A program made the position numbers and the translations under genes. Below are positions 13,101 through 26,399 of a stretch of DNA of 64,000 nucleotides, piece after piece. Source of the stretch: Eledone cirrhosa (lineage: Eukaryota); assembly GCA_964016885.1 (NCBI GenBank), contig OZ024744.1, positions 1,922,001-1,986,000 on the forward strand. The letters are read 5' to 3'. The notes beneath the pieces are model-generated. The model searched no databases. It saw only the letters and a list, made by a program, of their open reading frames with translations, and was not told where the DNA came from. Position 1 is the stretch's first letter. Each line of letters begins with the position of its first letter.

Positions 13101-16100
13101 CCCCCAAAACTTCGTTCTTCACCAAGTCATCTTTCTCTACCTTGTCATCCCTCAAAACTTCGTTCTTCACCAATCTATCTTTCTCTACCTTGTCTTCCCC
13201 CAAAACTTCGTTCTTCACCAAGCTATCTTTCTCTAGCTTGGCTTCACACAAAACTTCGTTCTTCACCAAGCTATCTTTCTCTACCTTGTCTTCCCACAAA
13301 ACGTCATTCTTCACCAAGCTATCTTTCTCTACCTTGTCTTCCGTCAAAACTTCGTTCTTCACCAAGATATCTTTCTCTACCTTGTCTCCTTCCAAAACTT
13401 CGTTCTTCACCAAGCTATCTTTCTCTACCACATCTTCCCTCAGAACTTCGTTCTTCACCAAGCTATCTCTCTCTACCTTGTCTTCCCCCAAAACTTCGTT
13501 CTTTACCAAGCTATCTTTCTCTACATTGTCTTCCCCAAAACTTCGTTCTTCACCAAGCTATCTTTCTCTACCTTGTCTTCCCTCAAAACGTCGTTCTTCA
13601 CCAAGCTATCTTTCTCTACCTTGTCTTCCCCCAAAACTTCGTTCTTCACCAAGCTATCTTTCTCTACCTTGTCTTCCCCCAAAACTTCGTTCTTCACCAA
13701 GCTATCTTTCTCTACCTCGTCTTCCCTCAAAACTTCGTTCTTCACCAAGCTATCTTTCTCTACCTTGTCTTCCCCCAAAATTTCGTTCTTCACCAAGCTA
13801 TCTTTCTCTAACTTGTCTTCCCCCAAAACTTCGTTCTTCACCAAGCTATCTTTCTCTACCTTGTCTTCCCCCAAAACTTCGTTCTTCACCAAGCTATCTT
13901 TCTCTACCTTGTATTCCCCCAAAACTTCGTTCTTCACCAAGTCATCTTTCTCTACCTTGTCATCCCTCAAAACTTCGTTCTTCACCAATCTTTCTTTCTC
14001 TACCTTGTCTCCTCCCAAAACTTCGTTCTTCACCAAGCTATCTTTCTCTACCTTGTCTTCCCTCAGAACTTCGTTCTTCACCAAGCTATCTTTCTCTACC
14101 TTGTCTTCCCCCAAAACTTCGTTCTTCACCAAGCTATCTTTCTCTACCTTGTCTTCCCACAAAAGTTCGTTCTTCACCAAGCTATCTTTCTCTACCTTGT
14201 CTTCCCACAACACGTCGTTCTTCACCAAGCTATCTTTCTCTACCTTGTCTTCCCTCAAAACTTCGTTCTTCACCAAGCTATCTTTCTCTACCTTGTCTTC
14301 CCCCAAAACTTCGTTCTTCACCAAGCTATCTTTCTCTACCTTGTCTTCCCTCAAAACTTCGTTCTTCACCAAGCTATCTTTCTCGACCTTGTCTTCTCCC
14401 AAAACTTCGTTATTCACCAAGCTATCTTTCTCTACCTTGTCTTCCCTCAAAACTTCGTTCTTCACCAAGCTATCTTTCTCTACCTTGTCTTCCCACAAAA
14501 CGTCATTCTTCACCAAGCTATCTTTCTCTACCTTGTCTTCCGTCAAACCTTCGTTCTTCACCAAGCTATCTTTCTCTACCTTGTCTTCCCTCAAAACGTC
14601 GTTCTTCACCAAGCTATCTTTCTCTACCTTGTCCTCCCACAAAACTTCGTTCTTCACCAAGCTATCTTTCTCTACCTTGTCTTCCCCCAAAACTTCGTCC
14701 TTCGCAAGCTATCTTTCTCTACCTTGTCTTCCGTCAAAACTTCGTTCTTCACCAAGATATCTTTCTCTACCTTGTCTTCCCACAAAACGTCGTTCTTCAC
14801 CAAGCTATCTTTCTCTACCTTGTCTTCCCTCAGAACTTCGTTCTTCACCAAGCTATCTTTCTCTACCTTGTCTACCCCCAAAACTTCGTTCTTCACCAAG
14901 CTATCTTTCTCTACATTGTCTTCCCCAAAATTTCGTTCTTCACCAAGCTATCTTTCTCTACCTTGTCTTCCCTCAAAACGTCGTTCTTCACCAAGCTATC
15001 TTTCTCTACCTTGTCTTCCCCCAAAACTTCGTTCTTCACCAAGCTATCTTTCTCTACCTTGTCTTCCCCCAAAACTTCGTTCTTCACCAAGTCATCTTTC
15101 TCTACCTTGTCATCCCACAAAACGTCGTTCTTCACCAAGCTATCTTTCTCTATTTTGTCTTCCCTCAAAACGTTGTTCTTCACCAAGCTATCTTTCTCGA
15201 CCTTGTCTTCTCCCAAAACGTCGTTATTCTCCAAGCTATCTTTCTCTACCTTGTCTTCCCTCAAAACTTCGTTCTTCACCAAGCTATCTTTCTCTACCTT
15301 GTCTTCCCCCAAAACTTCGTTCTTCACCAAGCTATCTTTCTCTACCTTGTCTTCTCCCAAAACTTCGTTATTCACCAAGCTATCTTTCTCTACCTTCTCT
15401 TCCCTCAAAACTTCGTTCTTCACCAAGCTATCTTTCTCTACCTTGTCTTCCCCCAAAACTTCGTTCTTCACCAAGCTATCTTTCTCTACCTTGTCTTCCC
15501 CCAAAACTTCGTTCTTCACCAAGTCATCTTTCTCTACCTTGTCATCCCTCAAAACTTCGTTCTTCACCAATCTATCTTTCTCTACCTTGTCTTCCCCCAA
15601 AACTTCGTTCTTCACCAAGCTATCTTTCTCTAGCTTGGCTTCACACAAAACTTCGTTCTTCACCAAGCTATCTTTCTCTACCTTGTCTTCCCACAAAACG
15701 TCATTCTTCACCAAGCTATCTTTCTCTACCTTGTCTTCCGTCAAAACTTCGTTCTTCACCAAGATATCTTTCTCTACCTTGTCTCCTTCCAAAACTTCGT
15801 TCTTCACCAAGCTATCTTTCTCTACCTCATCTTCCCTCAGAACTTCGTTCTTCACCAAGCTATCTCTCTCTACCTTGTCTTCCCCCAAAACTTCGTTCTT
15901 TACCAAGCTATCTTTCTCTACATTGTCTTCCCCAAAACTTCGTTCTTCACCAAGCTATCTTTCTCTACCTTGTCTTCCCTCAAAACGTCGTTCTTCACCA
16001 AGCTATCTTTCTCTACCTTGTCTTCCCCCAAAACTTCGTACTTCACCAAGCTATCTTTCTCTACCTTGTCTTCCCCCAAAACTTCGTTCTTCACCAAGCT

Positions 16101-16939
16101 ATCTTTCTCTACCTCGTCTTCCCTCAAAACTTCGTTCTTCACCAAGCTATCTTTCTCTACCTTGTCTTCCCTCAAAACTTCGTTCTTCACCAAGCTATCT
16201 TTCTCTACCTTGTCTTCCCCCAAAACTTCGTTCTTCACCAAGCTATCTTTCTCTACCTTGTCTTCTCCCAAAACTTCGTTATTCACCAAGCTATCTTTCT
16301 CTACCTTCTCTTCCCTCAAAACTTCGTTCTTCACCAAGCTATCTTTCTCTACCTTGTCTTCCCCCAAAACTTCGTTCTTCACCAAGCTATCTTTCTCTAC
16401 CTTGTCTTCCCCCAAAACTTCGTTCTTCACCAAGTCATCTTTCTCTACCTTGTCATCCCTCAAAACTTCGTTCTTCACCAATCTATCTTTCTCTACCTTG
16501 TCTTCCCCCAAAACTTCGTTCTTCACCAAGCTATCTTTCTCTAGCTTGGCTTCACACAAAACTTCGTTCTTCACCAAGCTATCTTTCTCTACCTTGTCTT
16601 CCCACAAAACGTCATTCTTCACCAAGCTATCTTTCTCTACCTTGTCTTCCGTCAAAACTTCGTTCTTCACCAAGATATCTTTCTCTACCTTGTCTCCTTC
16701 CAAAACTTCGTTCTTCACCAAGCTATCTTTCTCTACCACATCTTCCCTCAGAACTTCGTTCTTCACCAAGCTATCTCTCTCTACCTTGTCTTCCCCCAAA
16801 ACTTCGTTCTTTACCAAGCTATCTTTCTCTACATTGTCTTCCCCAAAACTTCGTTCTTCACCAAGCTATCTTTCTCTACCTTGTCTTCCCTCAAAACGTC
16901 GTTCTTCACCAAGCTATCTTTCTCTACCTTGTCTTCCCC
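10187..16939. repeat. Near-perfect tandem higher-order duplication, period 3308 bp (69 monomers minus four 1-bp deletions)
   Basis: ORF translations are identical at 10213/13521, 10265/13573, 11364/14672, 11416/14724, 11603/14911 and 12610/15918. Shared rare variants include AATCTTTC, AAAAGTTC, CAACACG, GTCCTTCGC, TCTACCCC, ACGTTG and TATTCTCC. The first flanking mismatches are at 10186/13494 and 13632/16940. Confidence 0.95.
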
Positions 16940-19900
16940 AAAAACTTCGTACTTCACCAAGCTATCTTTCTCTACCTTGTCTTCCCCCAAAACTTCGTTC
17001 TTCACCAAGCTATCTTTCTCTACCTCGTCTTCCCTCAAAACTTCGTTCTTCACCAAGCTATCTTTCTCTACCTTGTCTTCCCCCAAAACTTCGTTCTTCA
17101 CCAAGCTATCTTTCTCTACCTTGTCTCCTCCCAAAACTTCGTTCTTCACCAAGCTATCTTTCTCTACCTTATCTTCCCTCAGAACTTCGTTCTTCACCAA
17201 GCTATCTCTCTCTACCTTGTCTTCCCCCAAAACTTCGTTCTTTACCAAGCTATCTTTCTCTACATTGTCTTCCCCAAAACTTCGTTCTTCACCAAGCTAT
17301 CTTTCTCTACCTTGTCTTCCCACAAAACTTCGTTCTTCACCAAGCTATCTTTCTCTACCTTGTCTTCCCACAAAACGTCGTTCTTCACCAAGCTATCTTT
17401 CTCTACCTTGTCTTCCCTCAAAACTTCGTTCTTCACCAAGCTATCTTTCTCTACCTTGTCTTCCCCCAAAACTTCGTTCTTCACCAAGCTATCTTTCTCT
17501 ACCTTATCTTCCCTCAGAACTTCGTTCTTCACCAAGCTATCTCTCTCTACCTTGTCTTCCCCCAAAACTTCGTTCTTTACCAAGCTATCTTTCTCTACAT
17601 TGTCTTCCCCAAAACTTCGTTCTTCACCAAGCTATCTTTCTCTACCTTGTCTTCCCACAAAACTTCGTTCTTCACCAAGCTATCTTTCTCTACCTTGTCT
17701 TCCCACAAAACGTCGTTCTTCACCAAGCTATCTTTCTCTACCTTGTCTTCCCTCAAAACTTCGTTCTTCACCAAGCTATCTTTCTCTACCTTGTCTTCCC
17801 TCAAAACTTCGTTCTTCACCAAGCTATCTTTCTCTACCTTGTCTTCCCTCAGAACTTCGTTCTTCACCAAGCTATCTTTCTCTACCTTGTCTTCCCCCAA
17901 AACTTCGTTCTTCACCAAGCTATCTTTCTCTACCTTGTCTTCCCACAAAACTTCGTTCTTCACCAAGCTATCTTTCTCTACCTTGTCTTCCCACAAAACG
18001 TCGTTCTTCACCAAGCTATCTTTCTCTACCTTGTCTTCCCTCAAAACTTCGTTCTTCACCAAGCTATCTTTCTCTACCTTGTCTTCCCCCAAAACTTCGT
18101 TCTTCACCAAGCTATCTTTCTCTACCTTGTCTTCCCTCAAAACTTCGTTCTTCACCAAGCTATCTTTCTCGACCTTGTCTTCTCCCAAAACTTCGTTATT
18201 CACCAAGCTATCTTTCTCTACCTTGTCTTCCCTCAAAACTTCGTTCTTCACCAAGCTATCTTTCTCTACCTTGTCTTCCCACAAAACGTCATTCTTCACC
18301 AAGCTATCTTTCTCTACCTTGTCTTCCGTCAAAACCTCGTTCTTCACCAAGCTATCTTTCTCTACCTTGTCTTCCCTCAAAACGTCGTTCTTCACCAAGC
18401 TATCTTTCTCTACCTTGTCCTCCCACAAAACTTCGTTCTTCACCAAGCTATCTTTCTCTACCTTGTCTTCCCCCAAAACTTCGTTCTTCGCAAGCTATCT
18501 TTCTCTACCTTGTCTTCCGTCAAAACTTCGTTCTTCACCAAGATATCTTTCTCTACCTTGTCTTCCCACAAAACGTCGTTCTTCACCAAGCTATCTTTCT
18601 CTACCTTGTCTTCCCTCAGAACTTCGTTCTTCACCAAGCTATCTTTCTCTACCTTGTCTTCCCCCAAAACTTCGTTCTTCACCAAGCTATCTTTCTCTAC
18701 ATTGTCTTCCCCAAAACTTCGTTCTTCACCAAGCTATCTTTCTCTACCTTGTCTTCCCTCAAAACGTCGTTCTTCACCAAGCTATCTTTCTCTACCTTGT
18801 CTTCCCCCAAAACTTCGTTCTTCACCAAGCTATCTTTCTCTACCTTGTCTTCCCCCAAAACTTCGTTCTTCACCAAGTCATCTTTCTCTACCTTGTCATC
18901 CCACAAAACGTCGTTCTTCACCAAGCTATCTTTCTCTATTTTGTCTTCCCTCAAAACGTCGTTCTTCACCAAGCTATCTTTCTCTACCTTGTCTTCCCTC
19001 AAAATTTCGTTCTTCACCAAGCTATCTTTCTCGACCTTGTCTTCTCCCAAAACGTCGTTATTCACCAAGCTATCTTTCTCTACCTTGTCTTCCCTCAAAA
19101 CTTCGTTCTTCACCAAGCTATCTTTCTCTACCTTGTCTTCCCCCAAAACTTCGTTCTTCACCAAGCTATCTTTCTCTACCTTGTCTTCCCCCAAAACTTC
19201 GTTCTTCACCAAGCTATCTTTCTCTACCTTGTCTTCCCCCAAAACTTCGTTCTTCACCAAGTCATCTTTCTCTACCTTGTCATCCCTCAAAACTTCGTTC
19301 TTCACCAAGCTATCTTTCTCTAGCTTGGCTTCACACAAAACTTCGTTCTTCACCAAGCTATCTTTCTCTACCTTGTCTTCCCACAAAACGTCATTCTTCA
19401 CCAAGCTATCTTTCTCTACCTTGTCTTCCGTCAAAACTTCGTTCTTCACCAAGATATCTTTCTCTACCGTGTCTCCTTCCAAAACTTCGTTCTTCACCAA
19501 GCTATCTTTCTCTACCTCATCTTCCCTCAGAACTTCGTTCTTCACCAAGCTATCTCTCTCTACCTTGTCTTCCCCCAAAACTTCGTTCTTTACCAAGCTA
19601 TCTTTCTCTACATTGTCTTCCCCAAAACTTCGTTCTTCACCAAGCTATCTTTCTCTACCTTGTCTTCCCTCAAAACGTCGTTCTTCACCAAGCTATCTTT
19701 CTCTACCTTGTCTTCCCCCAAAACCTCGTACTTCACCAAGCTATCTTTCTCTACCTTGTCTTCCCCCAAAACTTCGTTCTTCACCAACCTATCTTTATCT
19801 ACCTCGTCTTCCCTCAAAACTTCGTTCTTCACCAAGCTATCTTTCTCTACCTTGTCTTCCCCCAAAACTTCGTTCTTCACCAAGCTATCTTTCTCTACCT

Positions 19901-22899
19901 CGTCTCCTCCCAAAACTTCGTTCTTCACCAAGCTATCTTTCTCTACCTTATCTTCCCTCAGAACTTCGTTCTTCACCAAGCTATCTCTCTCTACCTTGTC
20001 TTCCCCCAAAACTTCGTTCTTTACCAAGCTATCTTTCTCTACATTGTCTTCCCCAAAACTTCGTTCTTCACCAAGCTATCTTTCTCTACCTTGTCTTCCC
20101 ACAAAACTTCGTTCTTCACCAAGCTATCTTTCTCTACCTTGTCTTCCCACAAAACGTCGTTCTTCACCAAGCTATCTTTCTCTACCTTGTCTTCCCTCAA
20201 AACTTCGTTCTTCACCAAGCTATCTTTCTCTACCTTGTCTTCCCCCAAAACTTAGTTCTTCACCAAGCTATCTTTCTCTACCTTGTCTTCCCTCAAAACT
20301 TCGTTCTTCACCAAGCTATCTTTCTCGACCTTGTCTTCTCCCAAAACTTCGTTATTCACCAAGCTATCTTTCTCTACCTTGTCTTCCCTCAAAACTTCGT
20401 TCTTCACCAAGCTATCTTTCTCTACCTTGTCTTCCCACAAAACGTCATTCTTCACCAAGCTATCTTTCTCTACCTTGTCTTCCGTCAAACCTTCGTTCTT
20501 CACCAAGCTATCTTTCTCTACCTTGTCTTCCCTCAAAACGTCGTTCTTCACCAAGCTATCTTTCTCTACCTTGTCCTCCCACAAAACTTCGTTCTTCACC
20601 AAGCTATCTTTCTCTACCTTGTCTTCCCCCAAAACTTCGTTCTTCGCAAGCTATCTTTCTCTACCTTGTCTTCCGTCAAAACTTCGTTCTTCACCAAGAT
20701 ATCTTTCTCTACCTTGTCTTCCCACAAAACGTCGTTCTTCACCAAGCTATCTTTCTCTACCTTGTCTTCCCCCAAAACTTCGTTCTTCACCAAGTCATCT
20801 TTCTCTACCTTGTCATCCCACAAAACGTCGTTCTTCACCAAGCTATCTTTCTCTATTTTGTCTTCCCTCAACACGTCGTTCTTCACCAAGCTATCTTTCT
20901 CTACCTTGTCTTCCCTCAAAATTTCGTTCTTCACCAAGCTATCTTTCTCGACCTTGTCTTCTCCCAAAACGTCGTTATTCACCAAGCTATCTTTCTCTAC
21001 CATGTCTTCCCTCAAAACTTCGTTCTTCACCAAGCTATCTTTCTCTACCTTGTCTTCCCCCAAAACTTCGTTCTTCACCAAGCTATCTTTCTCTACCTTG
21101 TCTTCTCCCAAAACTTCGTTATTCACCAAGCTATCTTTCTCTACCTTGTCTTCCCTCAAAACTTCGTTCTTCACCAAGCTATCTTTCTCTACCTTGTCTT
21201 CCCCCAAAACTTCGTTCTTCACCAAGCTATCTTTCTCTACCTTGTCTTCCCCCAAAACTTCGTTCTTCACCAAGCTATCTTTCTCTACCTTGTCTTCCCC
21301 CAAAACTTCGTTCTTCACCAAGTCATCTTTCTCTACCTTGTCATCCCTCAAAACTTCGTTCTTCACCAATCTATCTTTCTCTACCTTGTCTTCCCCCAAA
21401 ACTTCGTTCTTCACCAAGCTATCTTTCTCTAGCTTGGCTTCACACAAAACTTCGTTCTTCACCAAGCTATCTTTCTCTACCTTGTCTTCCCACAAAACGT
21501 CATTCTTCACCAAGCTATCTTTCTCTACCTTGTCTTCCCTCAAAACTTCGTTCTTCACCAAGCTATCTTTCTCTACCTTGTCTTCCCCCAAAACTTCGTT
21601 CTTCACCAAGCTATCTTTCTCTACATTGTCTTCTCCCCAAACTTCGTTATTCACCAAGCTATCTTTCTCTACCTTGTCTTCCCTCAAAACTCCGTTCTTC
21701 ACCAAGCTATCTTTCTCTACCTTGTCTTCCCCCAAAACTTCGTTCTTCACCAAGCTATCTTTCTCTACCTTGTCTTCCCCCAAAACTTCGTTCTTCACCA
21801 AGCTATCTTTCTCTACCTTGTCTTCCCCCAAAACTTCGTTCTTCACCAAGCTATCTTTCTCTACCTTGTCTTCTCCCAAAACTTCGTTATTCACCAAGCT
21901 ATCATTCTCTACCTTGTCTTCCCTCAAAACTTCGTTCTTCACCAAGCTATCTTTCTCTACCTTGTCTTCCCCCAAAACTTCGTTCTTCACCAAGCTATCT
22001 TTCTCTACCTTGTCTTCCCCCAAAACTTCGTTCTTCACCAAGCTATCTTTCTCTACCTTGTCTTCCCCCAAAACTTCGTTCTTCACCAAGTCATCTTTCT
22101 CTACCTTGTCATCCCTCAAAACTTCGTTCTTCACCAATCTATCTTTCTCTACCTTGTCTTCCCCCAAAATTTCGTTCTTCACCAAGCTATCTTTCTCCAG
22201 CTTGGCTTCACACAAAACTTCGTTCTTCACCAAGCTATCTTTCTCTACCTTGTCTTCCCACAAAACGTCATTCTTCACCAAGCTATCTTTCTCTACCTTG
22301 TCTTCCGTCAAAACTTCGTTCTTCACCAAGATATCTTTCTCTACCTTGTCTCCTTCCAAAACTTCGTTCTTCACCAAGCTATCTTTCTCTACCTCATCTT
22401 CCCTCAGAACTTCGTTCTTCGCCAAGCTATCTCTCTCTACCTTGTCTTCCCCCAAAACTTCGTTCTTTACCAAGCTATCTTTCTCTACATTGTCTTCCCC
22501 AAAACTTCGTTCTTCACCAAGCTATCTTTCTCTACCTTGTCTTCCCTCAAAACGTCGTTCTTCACCAAGCCATCTTTCTCTACCTTGTCTTCCCCCACAA
22601 CTTCGTTCTTCACCAAGCTATCTTTCTCTACCTCGTCTTCCCCCAAAACTTCGTTCTTCACCAAGCTATCTTACTCTACCTTGTCTTCCCCCAAAACTTC
22701 GTTCTTCACCAAGCTATCTTTCTCTACCTTGTCTCCTCCCAAAACTTCGTTCTTCACCAAGCTATCTTTCTCTACCTTATCTTCCCTCAGAACTTCGTTC
22801 TTCACCAAGCTATCTCTCTCTACCTTGTCTTCCCCCAAAACTTCGTTCTTTACCAAGCTATCTTTCTCTACATTGTCTTCCCCAAAACTTCGTTCTTCA

Positions 22900-24720
22900 C
22901 CAAGCTATCTTTCTCTACCTTGTCTTCCCACAAAACTTCGTTCTTCACCAAGCTATCTTTCTCTACCTTGTCTTCCCACAAAACGTCGTTCTTCACCAAG
23001 CTATCTTTCTCTACCTTGTCTTCGCTCAAAACTTCGTTCTTCACCAAGCTATCTTTCTCTACCTTGTCTTCCCCCAAAACTTCGTTCTTCACCAAGCTAT
23101 CTTTCTCTACCTTGTCTTCCCTCAAAACTTCGTTCTTCACCAAGCTATCTTTCTCGACCTTGTCTTCTCCCAAAACTTCGTTATTCACCAAGCTATCTTT
23201 CTCTACCTTGTCTTCCCTCAAAACTTCGTTCTTCACCAAGCTATCTTTCTCTACCTTGTCTTCCCACAAAACGTCATTCTTCACCAAGCTATCTTTCTCT
23301 ACCTTGTCTTCCGTCAAACCTTCGTTCTTCACCAAGCTATCTTTCTCTACCTTGTCTTCCCTCAAAACGTCGTTCTTCACCAAGCTATCTTTCTCTACCT
23401 TGTCCTCCCACAAAACTTCGTTCTTCACCAAGCTATCTTTCTCTACCTTGTCTTCCCCCAAAACTTCGTTCTTCGCAAGCTATCTTTCTCTACCTTGTCT
23501 TCCGTCAAAACTTCGTTCTTCACCAAGATATCTTTCTCTACCTTGTCTTCCCACAAAACGTCGTTCTTCACCAAGCTATCTTTCTCTACCTTGTCTTCCC
23601 CCAAAACTTCGTTCTTCACCAAGTCATCTTTCTCTACCTTGTCATCCCACAAAACGTCGTTCTTCACCAAGCTATCTTTCTCTATTTTGTCTTCCCTCAA
23701 AACGTCGTTCTTCACCAAGCTATCTTTCTCTACCTTGTCTTCCCTCAAAATTTCGTTCTTCACCAAGCTATCTTTCTCGACCTTGTCTTCTCCCAAAACG
23801 TCGTTCTTCACCAAGCTATCTTTCTCTACCTTGTCTTCCCACAAAACTTCGTTCTTCACCAAGCTATCTTTCTCTACCTTGTCTTCCCACAAAACGTCGT
23901 TCTTCACCAAGCTATCTTTCTCTACCTTGTCTTCGCTCAAAACTTCGTTCTTCACCAAGCTATCTTTCTCTACCTTGTCTTCCCCCAAAACTTCGTTCTT
24001 CACCAAGCTATCTTTCTCTACCTTGTCTTCCCTCAAAACTTCGTTCTTCACCAAGCTATCTTTCTCGACCTTGTCTTCTCCCAAAACTTCGTTATTCACC
24101 AAGCTATCTTTCTCTACCTTGTCTTCCCTCAAAACTTCGTTCTTCACCAAGCTATCTTTCTCTACCTTGTCTTCCCACAAAACGTCATTCTTCACCAAGC
24201 TATCTTTCTCTACCTTGTCTTCCGTCAAACCTTCGTTCTTCACCAAGCTATCTTTCTCTACCTTGTCTTCCCTCAAAACGTCGTTCTTCACCAAGCTATC
24301 TTTCTCTACCTTGTCCTCCCACAAAACTTCGTTCTTCACCAAGCTATCTTTCTCTACCTTGTCTTCCCCCAAAACTTCGTTCTTCGCAAGCTATCTTTCT
24401 CTACCTTGTCTTCCGTCAAAACTTCGTTCTTCACCAAGATATCTTTCTCTACCTTGTCTTCCCACAAAACGTCGTTCTTCACCAAGCTATCTTTCTCTAC
24501 CTTGTCTTCCCCCAAAACTTCGTTCTTCACCAAGTCATCTTTCTCTACCTTGTCATCCCACAAAACGTCGTTCTTCACCAAGCTATCTTTCTCTATTTTG
24601 TCTTCCCTCAAAACGTCGTTCTTCACCAAGCTATCTTTCTCTACCTTGTCTTCCCTCAAAATTTCGTTCTTCACCAAGCTATCTTTCTCGACCTTGTCTT
24701 CTCCCAAAACGTCGTTATTC
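22900..24720. repeat. Tandem duplication, period 911 bp (19 monomers - 1 bp)
   Basis: The private variant TCTTCGCTCAAAA occurs at ~23024 and ~23935, and TTCGCAAG at 23475/24386. ORF ends 23461/24372 differ by 911. Confidence 0.88.
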
Positions 24721-26399
24721 ACCAAGCTATCTTTCTCTACCTTGTCTTCCCTCAAAACTTCGTTCTTCACCAAGCTATCTTTCTCTACCTTGTCTTCCCC
24801 CAAAACTTCGTTCTTCACCAAGCTATCTTTCTCTACCTTGTCTTCTCCCAAAACTTCGTTATTCACCAAGCTATCTTTCTCTACCTTGTCTTCCCTCAAA
24901 ACTTCGTTCTTCACCAAGCTATCTTTCTCTACCTTGTCTTCCCCCAAAACTTCGTTCTTCACCAAGCTATCTTTCTCTACCTTGTCTTCCCCCAAAACTT
25001 CGTTCTTCACCAAGCTATCTTTCTCTACCTTGTCTTCCCCCAAAACTTCGTTCTTCACCAAGTCATCTTTCTCTACCTTGTCATCCCTCAAAACTTCGTT
25101 CTTCACCAATCTATCTTTCTCTACCTTGTCTTCCCCCAAAACTTCGTTCTTCACCAAGCTATCTTTCTCTAGCTTGGCTTCACACAAAACTTCGTTCTTC
25201 ACCAAGCTATCTTTCTCTACCTTGTCTTCCCACAAAACGTCATTCTTCACCAAGCTATCTTTCTCTACCTTGTCTTCCCTCAAAACTTCGTTCTTCACCA
25301 AGCTATCTTTCTCTACCTTGTCTTCCCCCAAAACTTCGTTCTTCACCAAGCTATCTTTCTCTACCTTGTCTTCTCCCAAAACTTCGTTATTCACCAAGCT
25401 ATCTTTCTCTACCTTGTCTTCCCTCAAAACTCCGTTCTTCACCAAGCTATCTTTCTCTACCTTGTCTTCCCCCAAAACTTCGTTCTTCACCAAGCCATCT
25501 TTCTCTACCTTGTCTTCCCCCAAAACTTCGTTCTTCACCAAGCTATCTTTCTCTACCTTGTCTTCCCCCAAAACTTCGTTCTTCACCAAGTCATCTTTCT
25601 CTACCTTGTCATCCCTCAAAACTTCGTTCTTCACCAATCTATCTTTCTCTACCTTGTCTTCCCCCAAAACTTCGTTCTTCACCAAGCTATCTTTCTCTAG
25701 CTTGGCTTCACACAAAACTTCGTTCTTCACCAAGCTATCTTTCTCTACCTTGTCTTCCCACAAAACGTCATTCTTCACCAAGCTATCTTTCTCTACCTTG
25801 TCTTCCGTCAAAACTTCGTTCTTCACCAATATATCTTTCTCTACCTTGTCTCCTTCCAAAACTTCGTTCTTCACCAAGCTATCTTTCTCTACCTCATCTT
25901 CCCTCAGAACTTCGTTCTTCACCAAGCTATCTCTCTCTACCTTGTCTTCCCCCAAAACTTCGTTCTTTACCAAGCTATCTTTCTCTACATTGTCTTCCCC
26001 AAAACTTCGTTCTTCACCAAGCTATCTTTCTCTACCTTGTCTTCCCTCAAAACGTCGTTCTTCACCAATCTATCTTTCTCTACCTTGTCTTCCCCCAAAA
26101 CTTCGTACTTCACCAAGCTATCTTTCTCTACCTTGTCTTCCCCCAAAACTTCGTTCTTCACCAAGCTATCTTTCTCTACCTCGTCTTCCCTCAAAACTTC
26201 GTTCTTCACCAAGCTATATTTCTCTACCTTGTCTTCCCCCAAAACTTCGTTCTTCACCAATCTATCTTTCTCTACCTTGTCTCCTCCCAAAACTTCGTTC
26301 TTCACCAAGCTATCTTTCTCTACCTTATCTTCCCTCAGAACTTCGTTCTTCACCAAGCTATCTCTCTCTACCTTGTCTTCCCCCAAAACTTCGTTCTTT

